Source: Pelagomonas calceolata (Eukaryota). Taken from it: 64,000 bases of DNA. The stretch's first letter is position 1. The number at the start of each line of letters is the position of its first letter. The position numbers were made by a program, and so were the translations under genes. This document shows, in pieces, positions 52,371-62,477 of the stretch. The DNA lies in the NCBI GenBank assembly GCA_918797485.1, contig CAKKNE010000002.1, forward strand, positions 3,720,001 through 3,784,000, written 5' to 3'. The notes below the pieces were generated by a model. That model saw only the letters and a program-made list of their open reading frames with translations, was not told where the DNA came from and searched no databases.

Positions 52371-53159
52371 TCAGGGTCCGCGCGAAGCCGTCGCCCTGGA
52401 CGCGGCGCGTCGACCGCTGCGGCGCGTCGACCGCTGCGGCGCGCCCGCGCGCGGCCCGGCCGCCTCGCTCTCGACGGCGTCGACGAGCGCCGGCGCCGTC
52501 GACGGGCGCGGCTTCGGTGGCCGCGGTCGGAGAAAGGGGGGCGTGTGCAGCGTCCCGCTGCGGAACGGCGCCGCGCCGGTGATCGCCCGCGCCCAGGGGA
52601 TCTCGACGCGCCCCGGCGGCGCCGGATCCGCCTGGAGGTGCGGGGCGCACCCGCCCGGGCCCCACGAGCCGCCCGGGCCCGGCACCGCGCGGAAGGGCCC
52701 GCGGCGCGTGCCGCTCCGGAACGTCGCGGCGGCCGCCGAGGGCCGGCGCGCCCAAGTATTAATGTGGGCGTAAGCGCCGGGGCCCGGGCCGGCGACGTAG
52801 ACGCAGCCCGGCTCCGGCGCGACGCCCCAGGGGCTCTTGTAGGGCGCGCGGCTCCGCCGCAGCGCCGCCGCCCGCGCGTCGTACGCGCCGTCGCCGTCGG
52901 CCGCCGTCGCCGGCGCGACGCGGCCGCCGAAGGTCGGGTCCGAGAACGTGCGCCGGTCGTCCTGGGCGAACCGCTGGGACGCGGCGTAGGGCGAGGGCCC
53001 GGGGCGGTGCTGGTAGTCCCAGCCCGACAGGTGGCCGGCCGCGGTCGGCGCGTTCGTTATAGACCGGTCCAGGTCGTAGGTGTGGCGCGCGCGGAGGCCC
53101 GTGGGCCTCCGCTTCGCGACCCAGGCCGCGAAGGAGGCCCGGTGGCGCGGCGGCGCCAT
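52371..53159 (-). CDS. SHIPPO/PGP-repeat (ODF3/STPG-like) protein
   Basis: PGPSPY, GPGPGAY, VPGPGG repeats. Confidence 0.5.
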   Translation of the reverse strand: MAPPRHRASFAAWVAKRRPTGLRARHTYDLDRSITNAPTAAGHLSGWDYQHRPGPSPYAASQRFAQDDRRTFSDPTFGGRVAPATAADGDGAYDARAAALRRSRAPYKSPWGVAPEPGCVYVAGPGPGAYAHINTWARRPSAAAATFRSGTRRGPFRAVPGPGGSWGPGGCAPHLQADPAPPGRVEIPWARAITGAAPFRSGTLHTPPFLRPRPPKPRPSTAPALVDAVESEAAGPRAGAPQRSTRRSGRRAASRATASRGP

Positions 53160-54904
53160 GCTTGGCAGCTCGATGGCGTCGAGCAGCAGCTTTCAATGGG
53201 GGCTGCCTGTTTGCTGTTGCGGCCCGGCGCTCGCGTGGCTCCTTTTCGGGCACAGTGGCTCCTTGGGTCGGTGCTTCCTACACGCTCATCTAGCGCGAGA
53301 GCCTGCATGCAGCCGCCCCCTGCCGCTGCGCCCCTTGCGGTAATATCCGTCCCAGTCGCGCCGGAACCGTCCCTAGGAGTGGGCCCAGGGGGAGTTCTCA
53401 GCGTCGTGGCGTGCGGGTGCGGGTTGCTTGATTTCGGAAAACTTTCATCGAAAAAACTTTCACGATCCTGTTTCACAAGCCGCACGTGAAGTTCCATAAA
53501 ATGAAGCAAAGCAAGAACCTGACGGAGGCGAAGTGGCGCCTCGGCCTCAAGATCTGCGAGGGACGTCGGGCCTACGGACACGCTCCCGCGTTTAGTTTCA
53601 CGGCCCAGCGGGTGGTTGCGGGCATCTCGTGCGGAGAGCAGACCTGGGACGCCTGGCCTCGCGAAGACCGCTTCCTGGAACCCGTGCCGTATGCAAATTT
53701 GCTCTCGGCAGCGGAGCACTTTTGCTCGCCGACCTGGCCTTTTTCTAATAATTTAGAGGGCGCAGAAGTGCTCCCTGGAAGCCTTTTTATCCACCACAGA
53801 AGACTAGAGCATGAAACCGCTCACGCGCACGACAAAAATGGCAAAAGCGGTTAAAAACAAGGCACATTTATTTTGCTCGATCGCCCACTTGTTAAAGTGC
53901 CTCGAGGGCATCTTCGACGAGTAGGCGCGCCGATCTTGTGTAAGTAGTAGTCTAGTAATCACGTATGCACCGTCGGAACGACAGCTCCAGCGTCGGCACC
54001 GAAACTGCGGTAGTAGTCCAAGTCGCAGAGCCAAATGCACCCAGCAATTCCTCGTCCTTCCGCCGTCGGCGTCGCGACGGCCTAGCCTCAAATCGAGGCG
54101 CCGCCACGTCGAAACAACGCGCACCAACGAACTGCGCCGACGCGACCAGCACCGACCCGGAGACGACCTCTGGAGGCAGCTCGAGTCGGGCACTGCTACA
54201 AGCCGTCGGCTCCAGCGCGACGGACACCACCGACGACCCGTCTCGACGTAGCCGGGCGTGCAAGGCGTTTGCGTCGCCGTTGCGTGCGCTCGCGCCACTT
54301 CTTCTGCGCCGCGAGGACCCGGCACCTGTAGAAATAGTGGTGGAGCAGCGCCGTCGACAGCTCGTCGCATCGCAGAAGTGCCGGCTGGTGCTCCGCGATG
54401 GCATCGACCGCACGACGCGTGATATCGAAGCATTTCGCACGCAAAATACGGCTGCCCCCTGGCTGATGCGGCCGACTGGGACTGCCACATAGGAGTGCGT
54501 TTTTTGCGCTACAAATTGCGTAATGCTGGGGCCTGGCCTTAAAAAAGAAAAACCGTGAGTTCAGATTTTGCGTTTTCGCTGGCCGCCGCGTTTTTGGAGC
54601 AGAGTCGGCGGGCCTTCGAGGCAGTGCCAGTCGCGACGTCGAGGACCACGGAAGCGTCCGGAGCCGCGCCTGGGCCGTGGACGGAGGTCTCCTGGGACGC
54701 CTGGAGCGAAAACTACCGGGATTTAGGCAAAGACCGTGCGGGTATGCAATGTAGTAAGTTTCAACCAAGCCCAAGATTAGGTTTGATCTTGCGCTGTTGC
54801 TCGTGTTGACCTAGAGGAGCCATGACGCGGACCCGGTAGCGCCTCGGCGCGTGACCTCACAGGCTACGAAGCCTTAAAACAGGTAACAAGAGGCCACCGC
54901 AGCC

Positions 54905-57271
54905 ATGCGGAGGGTGTGGAGCCTCACCCTGCTGACCACGGCCGCGGCCCTATCCTTAAGGCCCCGCGGCACGACGAAGCGCCCGGCGACGCCCGCGGTC
55001 CGGGAGAAGGAACTGAACCTGCCGCCCTTCGACCTCGGCGCGAACCTGTCCGAGACGTTGGATGAGGCCGCCGCGCGCGCGGACGGCGCCGTGCGCGACC
55101 GGCTCGGCGCCATGGGTATTGAGGACGTGTCCGGGGACTGGGCGACGCGCGTCCTGGATCTTGGGAGGCGGGCGACGCGGCTCGGCGCGCGCGAAACCGC
55201 GGCGCTCGTGGATTTGAAGCTGAGGGAGACCGAGGCGGCGATGCGCGAGATCGAGGAGGGTGTCAAGGACGGCCTCGCGCCGCTGGCGCCTTTACAATAT
55301 CGCGTCGAGGACGATGCGGCGAAGGCTTTGGATTTGAGCATCGAGATCGAGGGCGTGGACGAGCTGACCGAGGCCGTGTCCGCGGCGGCCGGCGCGCGGG
55401 CGACGGTGCCGACGATGACGTCCCGGAGGCGGTTTAGGAGATTTAGAGCGGCGGCGCGCACGACGGCCATCTGGCGGACCGCGGTCGGGTTTGCGTTTCG
55501 CGTGGCACGAAATCGGCGCAAGTTTAGTGACGCGCAGGGGCCCGAGGCCGTCGCCGCGCGGTCGAAGCTGGCGGCGGACTTCCGGGACGCGTTGTTGAGA
55601 TTGGGGCCTACTTTCATCAAATTCGGGCAGCTGTTGTCGACGCGCGTAGATGTACTACCGCCAGAAGTCATCAAGGAGCTCGCGACGCTCCAAAATGAGG
55701 TGCCTTCGTTTAGTCCGGACCGGGCCATCACAATTGTCAAAGAGGAACTCGGCGTCAAGGACATTTACGACGTCTTCGAGACGTTCGAGCGCGAACCGTT
55801 AGCCGCGGCTTCCTTAGCCCAGGTTCATAGAGCAACACTCAAAGAGAACGGCGACGAAGTTGTGGTCAAAGTCCAGAGAGATGGATTACGGGAGCAGTTC
55901 GACGTGGACTGTGCGAACATCAAGTTCCTAGCTAGGTTAGCCGATAGGTTCGACCCCGAGAACGAGGGCGTCGCTTCGGATTGGAAGGGCATCGCGGACA
56001 CGTCCGAAACGGTTTTGTACCGAGAAATCGACTTCTTAGTTGAAAGGGACGCCGCCGTCAAGTTCCGAGAAGCCTTCGAAGGTAAGAACGGTCAGAAGGC
56101 CATGGACTACGTGAAGGTGCCGCGCACGTACGACCCCTACTGCACGTCCAAGTTGTTAGTGTTGGAGTACGTGCCGGGCACGAAGATTAACGACGTCGAG
56201 GGTCTACAGCAACTAGATGGCGTCGAACTCCCGACGCTCTCGAGACGTTTAACGTTTAGCTACTTGGAACAGTTGTGCCGGCACGGTTTTTTTCATTGCG
56301 ACCCCCACCCGGGCAACGTGGCCGTCGACGACCAGGTGCCGGGCGGCCGGTTGATCTACTACGACTTTGGGATGATGGAGACCATTGAACGCGACGTGAA
56401 GGCGGGGTTCGTGGATTTGGTGTATTCGTTATACAAGAATGAACCCATTATTGCGTGCGACGCGCTCGAGACGATGGGCGTGTTGCGACCGGGCTTGGAT
56501 CGGTTTAGCATCGAGAGGATCGCGAAGAACTACCTCGATTCGTTCTGCGCCACGGTCGAATCCAAGAACGCGAAGGGCGTCACGGGTATCGATGACGGCG
56601 CGGCGAAGTGGGAGACGGAGATGACGGAGGAAGAACAAAAGGCCGCCCGGAAGGCGCGGCGGGCGCAGATCGGCAAGGACCTCTTCGCGACGCAGGCCGA
56701 GCGGCCGTTCGTCTTCCCGCCGAAGTTCACGTTCGTCTTTCGGGCCCTGTCGACGATTGATGGGATTGGCAAGTCCCTGGACGGGGGTTATGATTTGTCG
56801 CGGTTAAGCCAACCGTATCTGAGGGAGTTGGCGGATCTGCGGGACGGGAGTCGCTACGCGACGGCGTTTTCGGAACTCCTGTCGAAGGTCGGGTGGCGGC
56901 CGAAGGACGTGAAGCAGGTCGTCATGGCGCCGCGGACCTTGGCAAGCGCGGACAAGTCCATTAAGAGGATTGAGGCCGGCGATTTGAGGTTACGAGTGCG
57001 ATCGGTCGAGCTCGAGACGCAGCTCCAGAACGTGGAGACGCGGCAGCGGCTCTTCGGGGCGGCCGCCGTCGCGGTCCTCTTGGCGCAGACGTCGCTGGGG
57101 GGCGTCGCCGCGACCTACGAAGGCGCCGCGCGCGTCTGGCGGCTGGTGTTATCGAGGGGCTGCGGCGTCGGCGCGGCGTGGGCGTCGCTCGAGGCCTTCG
57201 GGGCTTATTGTCTGCTGCGCAAGGCGGACCAGAACAAGAAGCGCTTCGCGAACCAGCTGAAGGACTGCTAG
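54905..57271 (+). CDS. ABC1/UbiB atypical kinase, probably plastid-targeted
   Basis: LGPTFIKFGQLLSTR, PLAAASLAQVHRA, VVVKVQR, FFHCDPHPGN, YYDFGMM; signal peptide. Confidence 0.92.
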   Translation: MRRVWSLTLLTTAAALSLRPRGTTKRPATPAVREKELNLPPFDLGANLSETLDEAAARADGAVRDRLGAMGIEDVSGDWATRVLDLGRRATRLGARETAALVDLKLRETEAAMREIEEGVKDGLAPLAPLQYRVEDDAAKALDLSIEIEGVDELTEAVSAAAGARATVPTMTSRRRFRRFRAAARTTAIWRTAVGFAFRVARNRRKFSDAQGPEAVAARSKLAADFRDALLRLGPTFIKFGQLLSTRVDVLPPEVIKELATLQNEVPSFSPDRAITIVKEELGVKDIYDVFETFEREPLAAASLAQVHRATLKENGDEVVVKVQRDGLREQFDVDCANIKFLARLADRFDPENEGVASDWKGIADTSETVLYREIDFLVERDAAVKFREAFEGKNGQKAMDYVKVPRTYDPYCTSKLLVLEYVPGTKINDVEGLQQLDGVELPTLSRRLTFSYLEQLCRHGFFHCDPHPGNVAVDDQVPGGRLIYYDFGMMETIERDVKAGFVDLVYSLYKNEPIIACDALETMGVLRPGLDRFSIERIAKNYLDSFCATVESKNAKGVTGIDDGAAKWETEMTEEEQKAARKARRAQIGKDLFATQAERPFVFPPKFTFVFRALSTIDGIGKSLDGGYDLSRLSQPYLRELADLRDGSRYATAFSELLSKVGWRPKDVKQVVMAPRTLASADKSIKRIEAGDLRLRVRSVELETQLQNVETRQRLFGAAAVAVLLAQTSLGGVAATYEGAARVWRLVLSRGCGVGAAWASLEAFGAYCLLRKADQNKKRFANQLKDC

Positions 57272-57311
57272 GTTTCGCGTAAGGTCGTCTTACGCCCCCC
57301 ATGAAAAAAAC

Positions 57312-58346
57312 CTAGGCCCGCGCCGCCGCGGCGTCGTACTTCCGCTTCGTGCGGTAGAAGAGGACGCCGAACACCACACACGTGCCGAGGACGGCGCCGC
57401 CCCCCAACTTATGCCCGAAGACGACGCAGCTGACGGTCAAACTCAGCATCTGCCGCGTCGTCATCATGATCGTGAAGACGATCGGCCCGAACTTTTTAAT
57501 GGTGTAGAAGATGAAGAGCTGGCCCGTCGCGCTCGTTAGTGAGAGTGTTAGCACGTTCGCTAAAGCAGCGGGGTTCGCCGCGAGGAATGCCAATGATAAA
57601 CCCATCTCGCCCGTCCATAATAAATTCATCGACGTGAAGAGTAACGAAAAGAAGTTCACCCCGAACATCATCTGGTACTGGTCCACGCGATACGTCTTAT
57701 ATACTCTATCCTGCCACTGGCTCGTAAACGAATCGCAGAAGACGTAGACGCAGAGGATCAATATACCGAGTACGGTATCACCTTCCACACCAGAAGCGTG
57801 CTCCTTCTTGGCCTTTTCCGTCAGCATGAAGAGAGCCACGCCGGCCGTAATCCCAATGGCCTCGATATACTCAATCAGGGGATAGTTCTTCTTGTGGAAG
57901 AACTTTCCTACCAACATCACCGGGATGACTTTACTGGATTTGAATAGTGTTTGTGTTGGAAAAGACACATATTTGAGGCACTCGTACTGGGCCCAACTAG
58001 ACATGATGTTGCTAAACGAACAGGGCGAGAACTGGTAGAACGGCGCGCGCGGGCCCGGCTGCCGGAGCACGTTCGACTTGTACAAACTCAGCAGGCCGGC
58101 CACCACCAACGCCAACGTCCTATTCGCGCACACCAAAAACACGGTCGAGGGGAACATGCCCGTGTCGTAGCGCTGCGTCATGACCTTCTCCTGGATGAAG
58201 CCCCAGGTCACGTAGGAGCCCTGGAGCCCCACGAAGCAGCATCCTAATTTTATAGCTTTCGACTGGAACGTCTCCTCCTCTTGTCGTATTTCGCGCGCCG
58301 CCTCGACGTCGATCGACTTTTGCCTTTCGGCCTTCGCGCGGTTCAT
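57312..58346 (-). CDS. SLC35B2-like PAPS / nucleotide-sugar transporter
   Basis: SYVTWGFIQE, QYECLKYVSFPTQTLFKSSKVIPVM, DSFTSQWQD, GQLFIFYTIKKFG; 5' end may be incomplete. Confidence 0.88.
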   Translation of the reverse strand: MNRAKAERQKSIDVEAAREIRQEEETFQSKAIKLGCCFVGLQGSYVTWGFIQEKVMTQRYDTGMFPSTVFLVCANRTLALVVAGLLSLYKSNVLRQPGPRAPFYQFSPCSFSNIMSSWAQYECLKYVSFPTQTLFKSSKVIPVMLVGKFFHKKNYPLIEYIEAIGITAGVALFMLTEKAKKEHASGVEGDTVLGILILCVYVFCDSFTSQWQDRVYKTYRVDQYQMMFGVNFFSLLFTSMNLLWTGEMGLSLAFLAANPAALANVLTLSLTSATGQLFIFYTIKKFGPIVFTIMMTTRQMLSLTVSCVVFGHKLGGGAVLGTCVVFGVLFYRTKRKYDAAAARA

Positions 58347-58356
58347 GACGACGCTC

Positions 58357-58440
58357 GTCTTGGTCCGCGGTGCCGCCGTCCCCGGCGCGCTGGGCTAAGT
58401 CTTGGTCCGCGGTGCCGCCGTCTCCGGCGCGCTGGGATAA
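58357..58440. repeat. 42-bp tandem duplication
   Basis: 58357-58398 and 58399-58440 differ at two positions; partial third copy near 58457-58480. Confidence 0.85.
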
Positions 58441-58876
58441 ATTAGTTGTGAGCAGGCGCCGTCCCCTGCCGCTGGGATAAATGAGCCGTAAACAGGCTGT
58501 CCGGCGTTTGGATCGATGCGCTCCGCTCGAAGTGCGACTCGCTGAACACGCGACCTTTTGAGCACGATCTAAGCACCTGCAACCGGTCGGCTGTATAATC
58601 TGAGTGGATTCTATATTTATCCGCGGCCACCACTGCCTAGGTAACCGGTATGGGATCGGTATGGTACATCACATCGATATCGATGGTCGCGGCCTGTGCG
58701 ACGGCTAGGCAATTGACTTGGTTACGCGTTTGGCATATACGTGTAACTGCTTGTACGAAAACATCCATCCGCCGTGCGTGCAGAAACGGTACCACCCCAC
58801 ACAAACGCTGCCGCTGCCGCCGCCGCCGCGTGAACAAATACTGCCGTAGCGCACAAGCTGAGCACAAGAGGTCACC

Positions 58877-60421
58877 ATGAACATGGGCGGCATGGGCGAG
58901 GCGAAGCTCGACGGCACGCCGTTCAACGTGCTCATGCAGCAGGCCGTCAAGCTCAAGACGCACGTGCACAAGATCGACCGCGTCCGCTTCGACGCGTGGC
59001 CGAAGTTTTACCAGAACACGGCCTTCGTCAAGGACGAGCACAAGAAGGAGCGGACGCTCGCCTACGACGACCGCATGGCCTGCGCGCGGGCCTACAAGGA
59101 GAAGGGCGACGCGGCCTTTAAATCTGGAAAGATGATCGAGGCCTGCAACGAGTACGAGGCCTGCGGCGGTTTATTTAAGTGGGCCACGACGCTGCGCGAG
59201 GACTGGCGCACGCGGAGTCTGGAAGACGAGGACATCCGCGAGGAGGAGTTTTTGGGGGAGACGGACGACCAGAGACGTGCGATCGCTTCTCTGAGAGTGA
59301 AGTGCTACTGCAACCTTGCCAGAGCTTACGCGAAACAAAAAGAACATAAGACCGCGGTGCACGCCTGCGACTGGGCTTTGGCGGTGGACCCGGCGTCGGC
59401 CGCCGCTTTATACTTGCGAGCCGCGTTTCTGACAGAGCCGGCGTCGAGCGGCACGACGGAGCGCGACGCCGCCATCGCGGACCTCGAGAAGGCTTGTGAA
59501 GTCGTCGAGGCGGGGTCGAGGACAGCCAAGGACGTCGAAACGTTGTTACGGGAGTTGAAGAGATTGCGGCGCGTCGGCCGCGCGAACGATAAGGCGTACG
59601 GCGGCATGTTCGACCGCGGCGCCGTGTATGGGGAGGACGAATCTTCAAGAAGACGGGCGGCGGACGCGCGCGCGAAGAAGGACGAAGCGGCGACGGCGGA
59701 CGACTTCACGGAGCCGACGCGGCCGGGCGACGGCCGGTGCTCGGCGCGGCCCGCGCCCGAGAGCGAGCTCGCGGCGTGCGACGCGTTGATCGCGGAGTAC
59801 GAGCGCACAGGCCAGCACGAGAAGGCGGCGGAGTTGAGGGATGGCGTGGCGCAGGCGCGCGCGAAATTAGAAAGAGCGCGCGCCGTCCAGCGGGGCGACG
59901 CGGCGCTGGACTTCTCGAAGCCGACGGCGGCGATGGCCGCGGACGCGAAAGCTAGAGGCATCGACCTGGACGACCCGCGCGTCCAGCAGATGCTGCGCGA
60001 GCTGCAGGAGGAGCGCCTCGAGTCCCAGACGGAGGCGGGGCGCGCGCGCGTGCGGCGGCGCGACGCGGCGCGCGCCGAGGCCGCGCGCATGACGACGGCG
60101 CAACTTCTGAAAGCTCTGAAGGACGAGGACGTGCCGCACGCGCACTGCGCGAGCGCCGACGACCTGCGGGAGCTTTATGTGAGGTACCGCGGCGACCCCG
60201 AGGCGACGCGCGCCGCGGCGGCCGAGGCGGCCGCCGCGGCGGCGGGCGGCGGCGCCAACTGGCTCCAGCTCGTCGGCGCGAGCCTCCTGTTTGTGTTGTG
60301 GCGCGTCTGGACGTCGGGCCTCCTCGCGCCGGCGCCCAGTAGTAATACTGACGCGGCGCGGAACCCCTACCTCGACGCGGAGCCCCAGGCGGCCTTTGGC
60401 GGGGAGGACGGCGAGTTCTGA
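58877..60421 (+). CDS. TPR-domain protein with C-terminal TM segment
   Basis: KEKGDAAFK, CYCNLARAY, ALAVDP..AALYLRA (FKBP/CyP40-type TPR clamp). Confidence 0.75.
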   Translation: MNMGGMGEAKLDGTPFNVLMQQAVKLKTHVHKIDRVRFDAWPKFYQNTAFVKDEHKKERTLAYDDRMACARAYKEKGDAAFKSGKMIEACNEYEACGGLFKWATTLREDWRTRSLEDEDIREEEFLGETDDQRRAIASLRVKCYCNLARAYAKQKEHKTAVHACDWALAVDPASAAALYLRAAFLTEPASSGTTERDAAIADLEKACEVVEAGSRTAKDVETLLRELKRLRRVGRANDKAYGGMFDRGAVYGEDESSRRRAADARAKKDEAATADDFTEPTRPGDGRCSARPAPESELAACDALIAEYERTGQHEKAAELRDGVAQARAKLERARAVQRGDAALDFSKPTAAMAADAKARGIDLDDPRVQQMLRELQEERLESQTEAGRARVRRRDAARAEAARMTTAQLLKALKDEDVPHAHCASADDLRELYVRYRGDPEATRAAAAEAAAAAAGGGANWLQLVGASLLFVLWRVWTSGLLAPAPSSNTDAARNPYLDAEPQAAFGGEDGEF

Positions 60422-60548
60422 CTAATTTTGCTTTTTGCCAGTCCGAGTCCCGGTGGATTCCTCGTTTACCCCGTCCCATCCGAGTCGCGCGGGAAACCCT
60501 ACTGCACTTTTTGGATTCCTCGGTTACCCCCCGTGCGGGAAACCTAGA

Positions 60549-62252
60549 TCAGGCCTTCTCGAGCTCGCGGCCGCGCTCGAGCGCGAGCTCGTAGGCCTTG
60601 ACGAGGTCGGCCGTGCCCTTGCCGCGGGGCTCGGGCCGCGACTCGAGCGGCACGACGGCGTTCTCCGGTAATATATCAAACTGGTTCTCGCCGAAGTAGA
60701 TGACCATGCGCTGCCGCGGCATGCGCGCGCCCGGCCGCGGCGGCGGTAGCGCCTCCATGAACTTGGTCGCGGCCGGCAGGCAGAGCTCGCCGGGCCACCA
60801 GGGGTGCGCGCCCGACTTGGCCCAGACCAAGACCCCGAGCTTCTGTACCGACAAAAGCGAGTCGTCCTGCTGCGGCTTGTTGTCCGAGAACGTCGACGAC
60901 CCGACGATGCGGTAGACCGTCTGCGGTCTATTTAAATCGAGCCACTCCGAGTGGCCGTCGTCGTAGTCGACGCGGTGCCTTCCATCCTTCGCCCGATACT
61001 CGGTCACGACGCCCGCGTACCAGACCTTGTCGCGCGGCCAGTGCACCTCGACCCTCTTATCCACCAGGGCCTCGGGGTCGCCCGCGTGGGGCTTGACGTG
61101 CTGCAATTCCATGACGTCGTCGTCGCCGGCCTCCTTCCGGACCTCCTCGTCCGCCGCGGCGAACGTCGCCCCGGCCTCCGTCTCCCGGCCGATGTTCGCC
61201 TCCAGAACCTGGCGCCACTTGTGCTCGAAGGCCGCCCGGAGGACCTGCGCCATCCTATATACGACCACGTCGTCCGCGTTCGGCGACGGCTCGCAGTACA
61301 GCGCCGCGTTCGCGTGCACCCTCCTCACGTCCGCCGCGAAGCCCGCCGCGCCCGTCTCCCTGTACCCGTCTCCCTCCAACCGCCGCTGGATCAGCCCCAG
61401 GTCGACGGGGTCGCTCACGAGCTCCGTGTACCTAGGGACGCCCTCGACGGGCCGCGCGAAGGGCTCGGACACGTCCAGCTGGCGCAGCCAGCCCAGCACC
61501 TCCAAACACGCGCCGCGCGGCACGCGCGCCGCGGCCTCGACGCCCGCCCGGTGCTCGCGGAAGTGGCCCTCGGCGGCGTCCGCGTCGAGCCACCGTAAGC
61601 CGAGCGACGCGTCGTCCAAAAGCAGGTGGAGGCGCCCCTTGGCCGCGACGACCGAGTGCGCGCCCCGGGCCGTGTCGAGCTTCGCGTCGAGGACGACGCG
61701 CCCCGGGAGCCGCCCGCGCACGGCCGCGCCGACCGTGCCGGACTCGGCCGCCTTCTGGCGCTTCGGCGGGGGCTCGTCGCTCACGGGCGAGCGCTGGATC
61801 TGGGGCACATCATTAATTGGCTCGCCGGCCTGCATCTGCATGACGCGCGTCCCCTGTTGCTCAACATAATCCTGCAGCCGGTCGCAGATCGTGACACCCA
61901 GCTTGGCGAAGTCGACCGTGAACTCGTCGCCGTTCTGGATCGTCTGCTGGCCGAAGATGATCGTGACGACGTCCTGGAGGCACGGCGGCGGGAGGCCCGA
62001 GACCACGAGCGACAGCTGCTGCCGCGCCTCGAAGGTCCAGCGCGCCGCCGCCGCCGCCGGGGGGGGCGGCGGCGCCGGCGCCGGCGGCGGCGCCGGCGGC
62101 TGCGGCGGCGCGGCGTCGCTGGGCGGCGGAAAAAATGCATTGATCTCCTCGGGGGTTCGTGGGTTGCGCGGCAGGGGTATCTTCCTTGACGTCGGCGGCT
62201 GCGGCGCCGCGTCGTCGGGGGTTTCTAGCTTGGGCATCGGTGGGCGCTCCAT
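60549..62252 (-). CDS. Chromatin reader: ET + bromodomain + Tudor + PWWP
   Basis: ET (QQLSLVVSGLP...FTVDFAKL), bromo (PFARPV, PVDLGLI, FAADV), Tudor (VHWPRDKVWYAG..YDDG), PWWP (VWAKSGAHPWWPG). Confidence 0.85.
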   Translation of the reverse strand: MERPPMPKLETPDDAAPQPPTSRKIPLPRNPRTPEEINAFFPPPSDAAPPQPPAPPPAPAPPPPPAAAAARWTFEARQQLSLVVSGLPPPCLQDVVTIIFGQQTIQNGDEFTVDFAKLGVTICDRLQDYVEQQGTRVMQMQAGEPINDVPQIQRSPVSDEPPPKRQKAAESGTVGAAVRGRLPGRVVLDAKLDTARGAHSVVAAKGRLHLLLDDASLGLRWLDADAAEGHFREHRAGVEAAARVPRGACLEVLGWLRQLDVSEPFARPVEGVPRYTELVSDPVDLGLIQRRLEGDGYRETGAAGFAADVRRVHANAALYCEPSPNADDVVVYRMAQVLRAAFEHKWRQVLEANIGRETEAGATFAAADEEVRKEAGDDDVMELQHVKPHAGDPEALVDKRVEVHWPRDKVWYAGVVTEYRAKDGRHRVDYDDGHSEWLDLNRPQTVYRIVGSSTFSDNKPQQDDSLLSVQKLGVLVWAKSGAHPWWPGELCLPAATKFMEALPPPRPGARMPRQRMVIYFGENQFDILPENAVVPLESRPEPRGKGTADLVKAYELALERGRELEKA

Positions 62253-62477
62253 TCCGTCGGCTCTTTTTTAATTTCTCTTTCTGTGACTGCGGTCTCGCCT
62301 TTTTAGGAGAGGCCTGGATTTTTTGCGCGCGAGGAGGCTCTGCTTTTTTTCTATGGTATACCCGCTGACAGAGCTGCACTACGGCCGACTAGTGGGATTT
62401 GACAAAGTTGACTTTTTGTTTGGTTGACTTTATTAGATGTAGAGACTGGTCGTTTGCTGGTATCAGTTAACTGGACG

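Noticed and set aside
53200..54800. Several medium ORFs (53486-53854, 53965-54492)
   Set aside because: No recognisable domains and atypical codon use; cannot be called.
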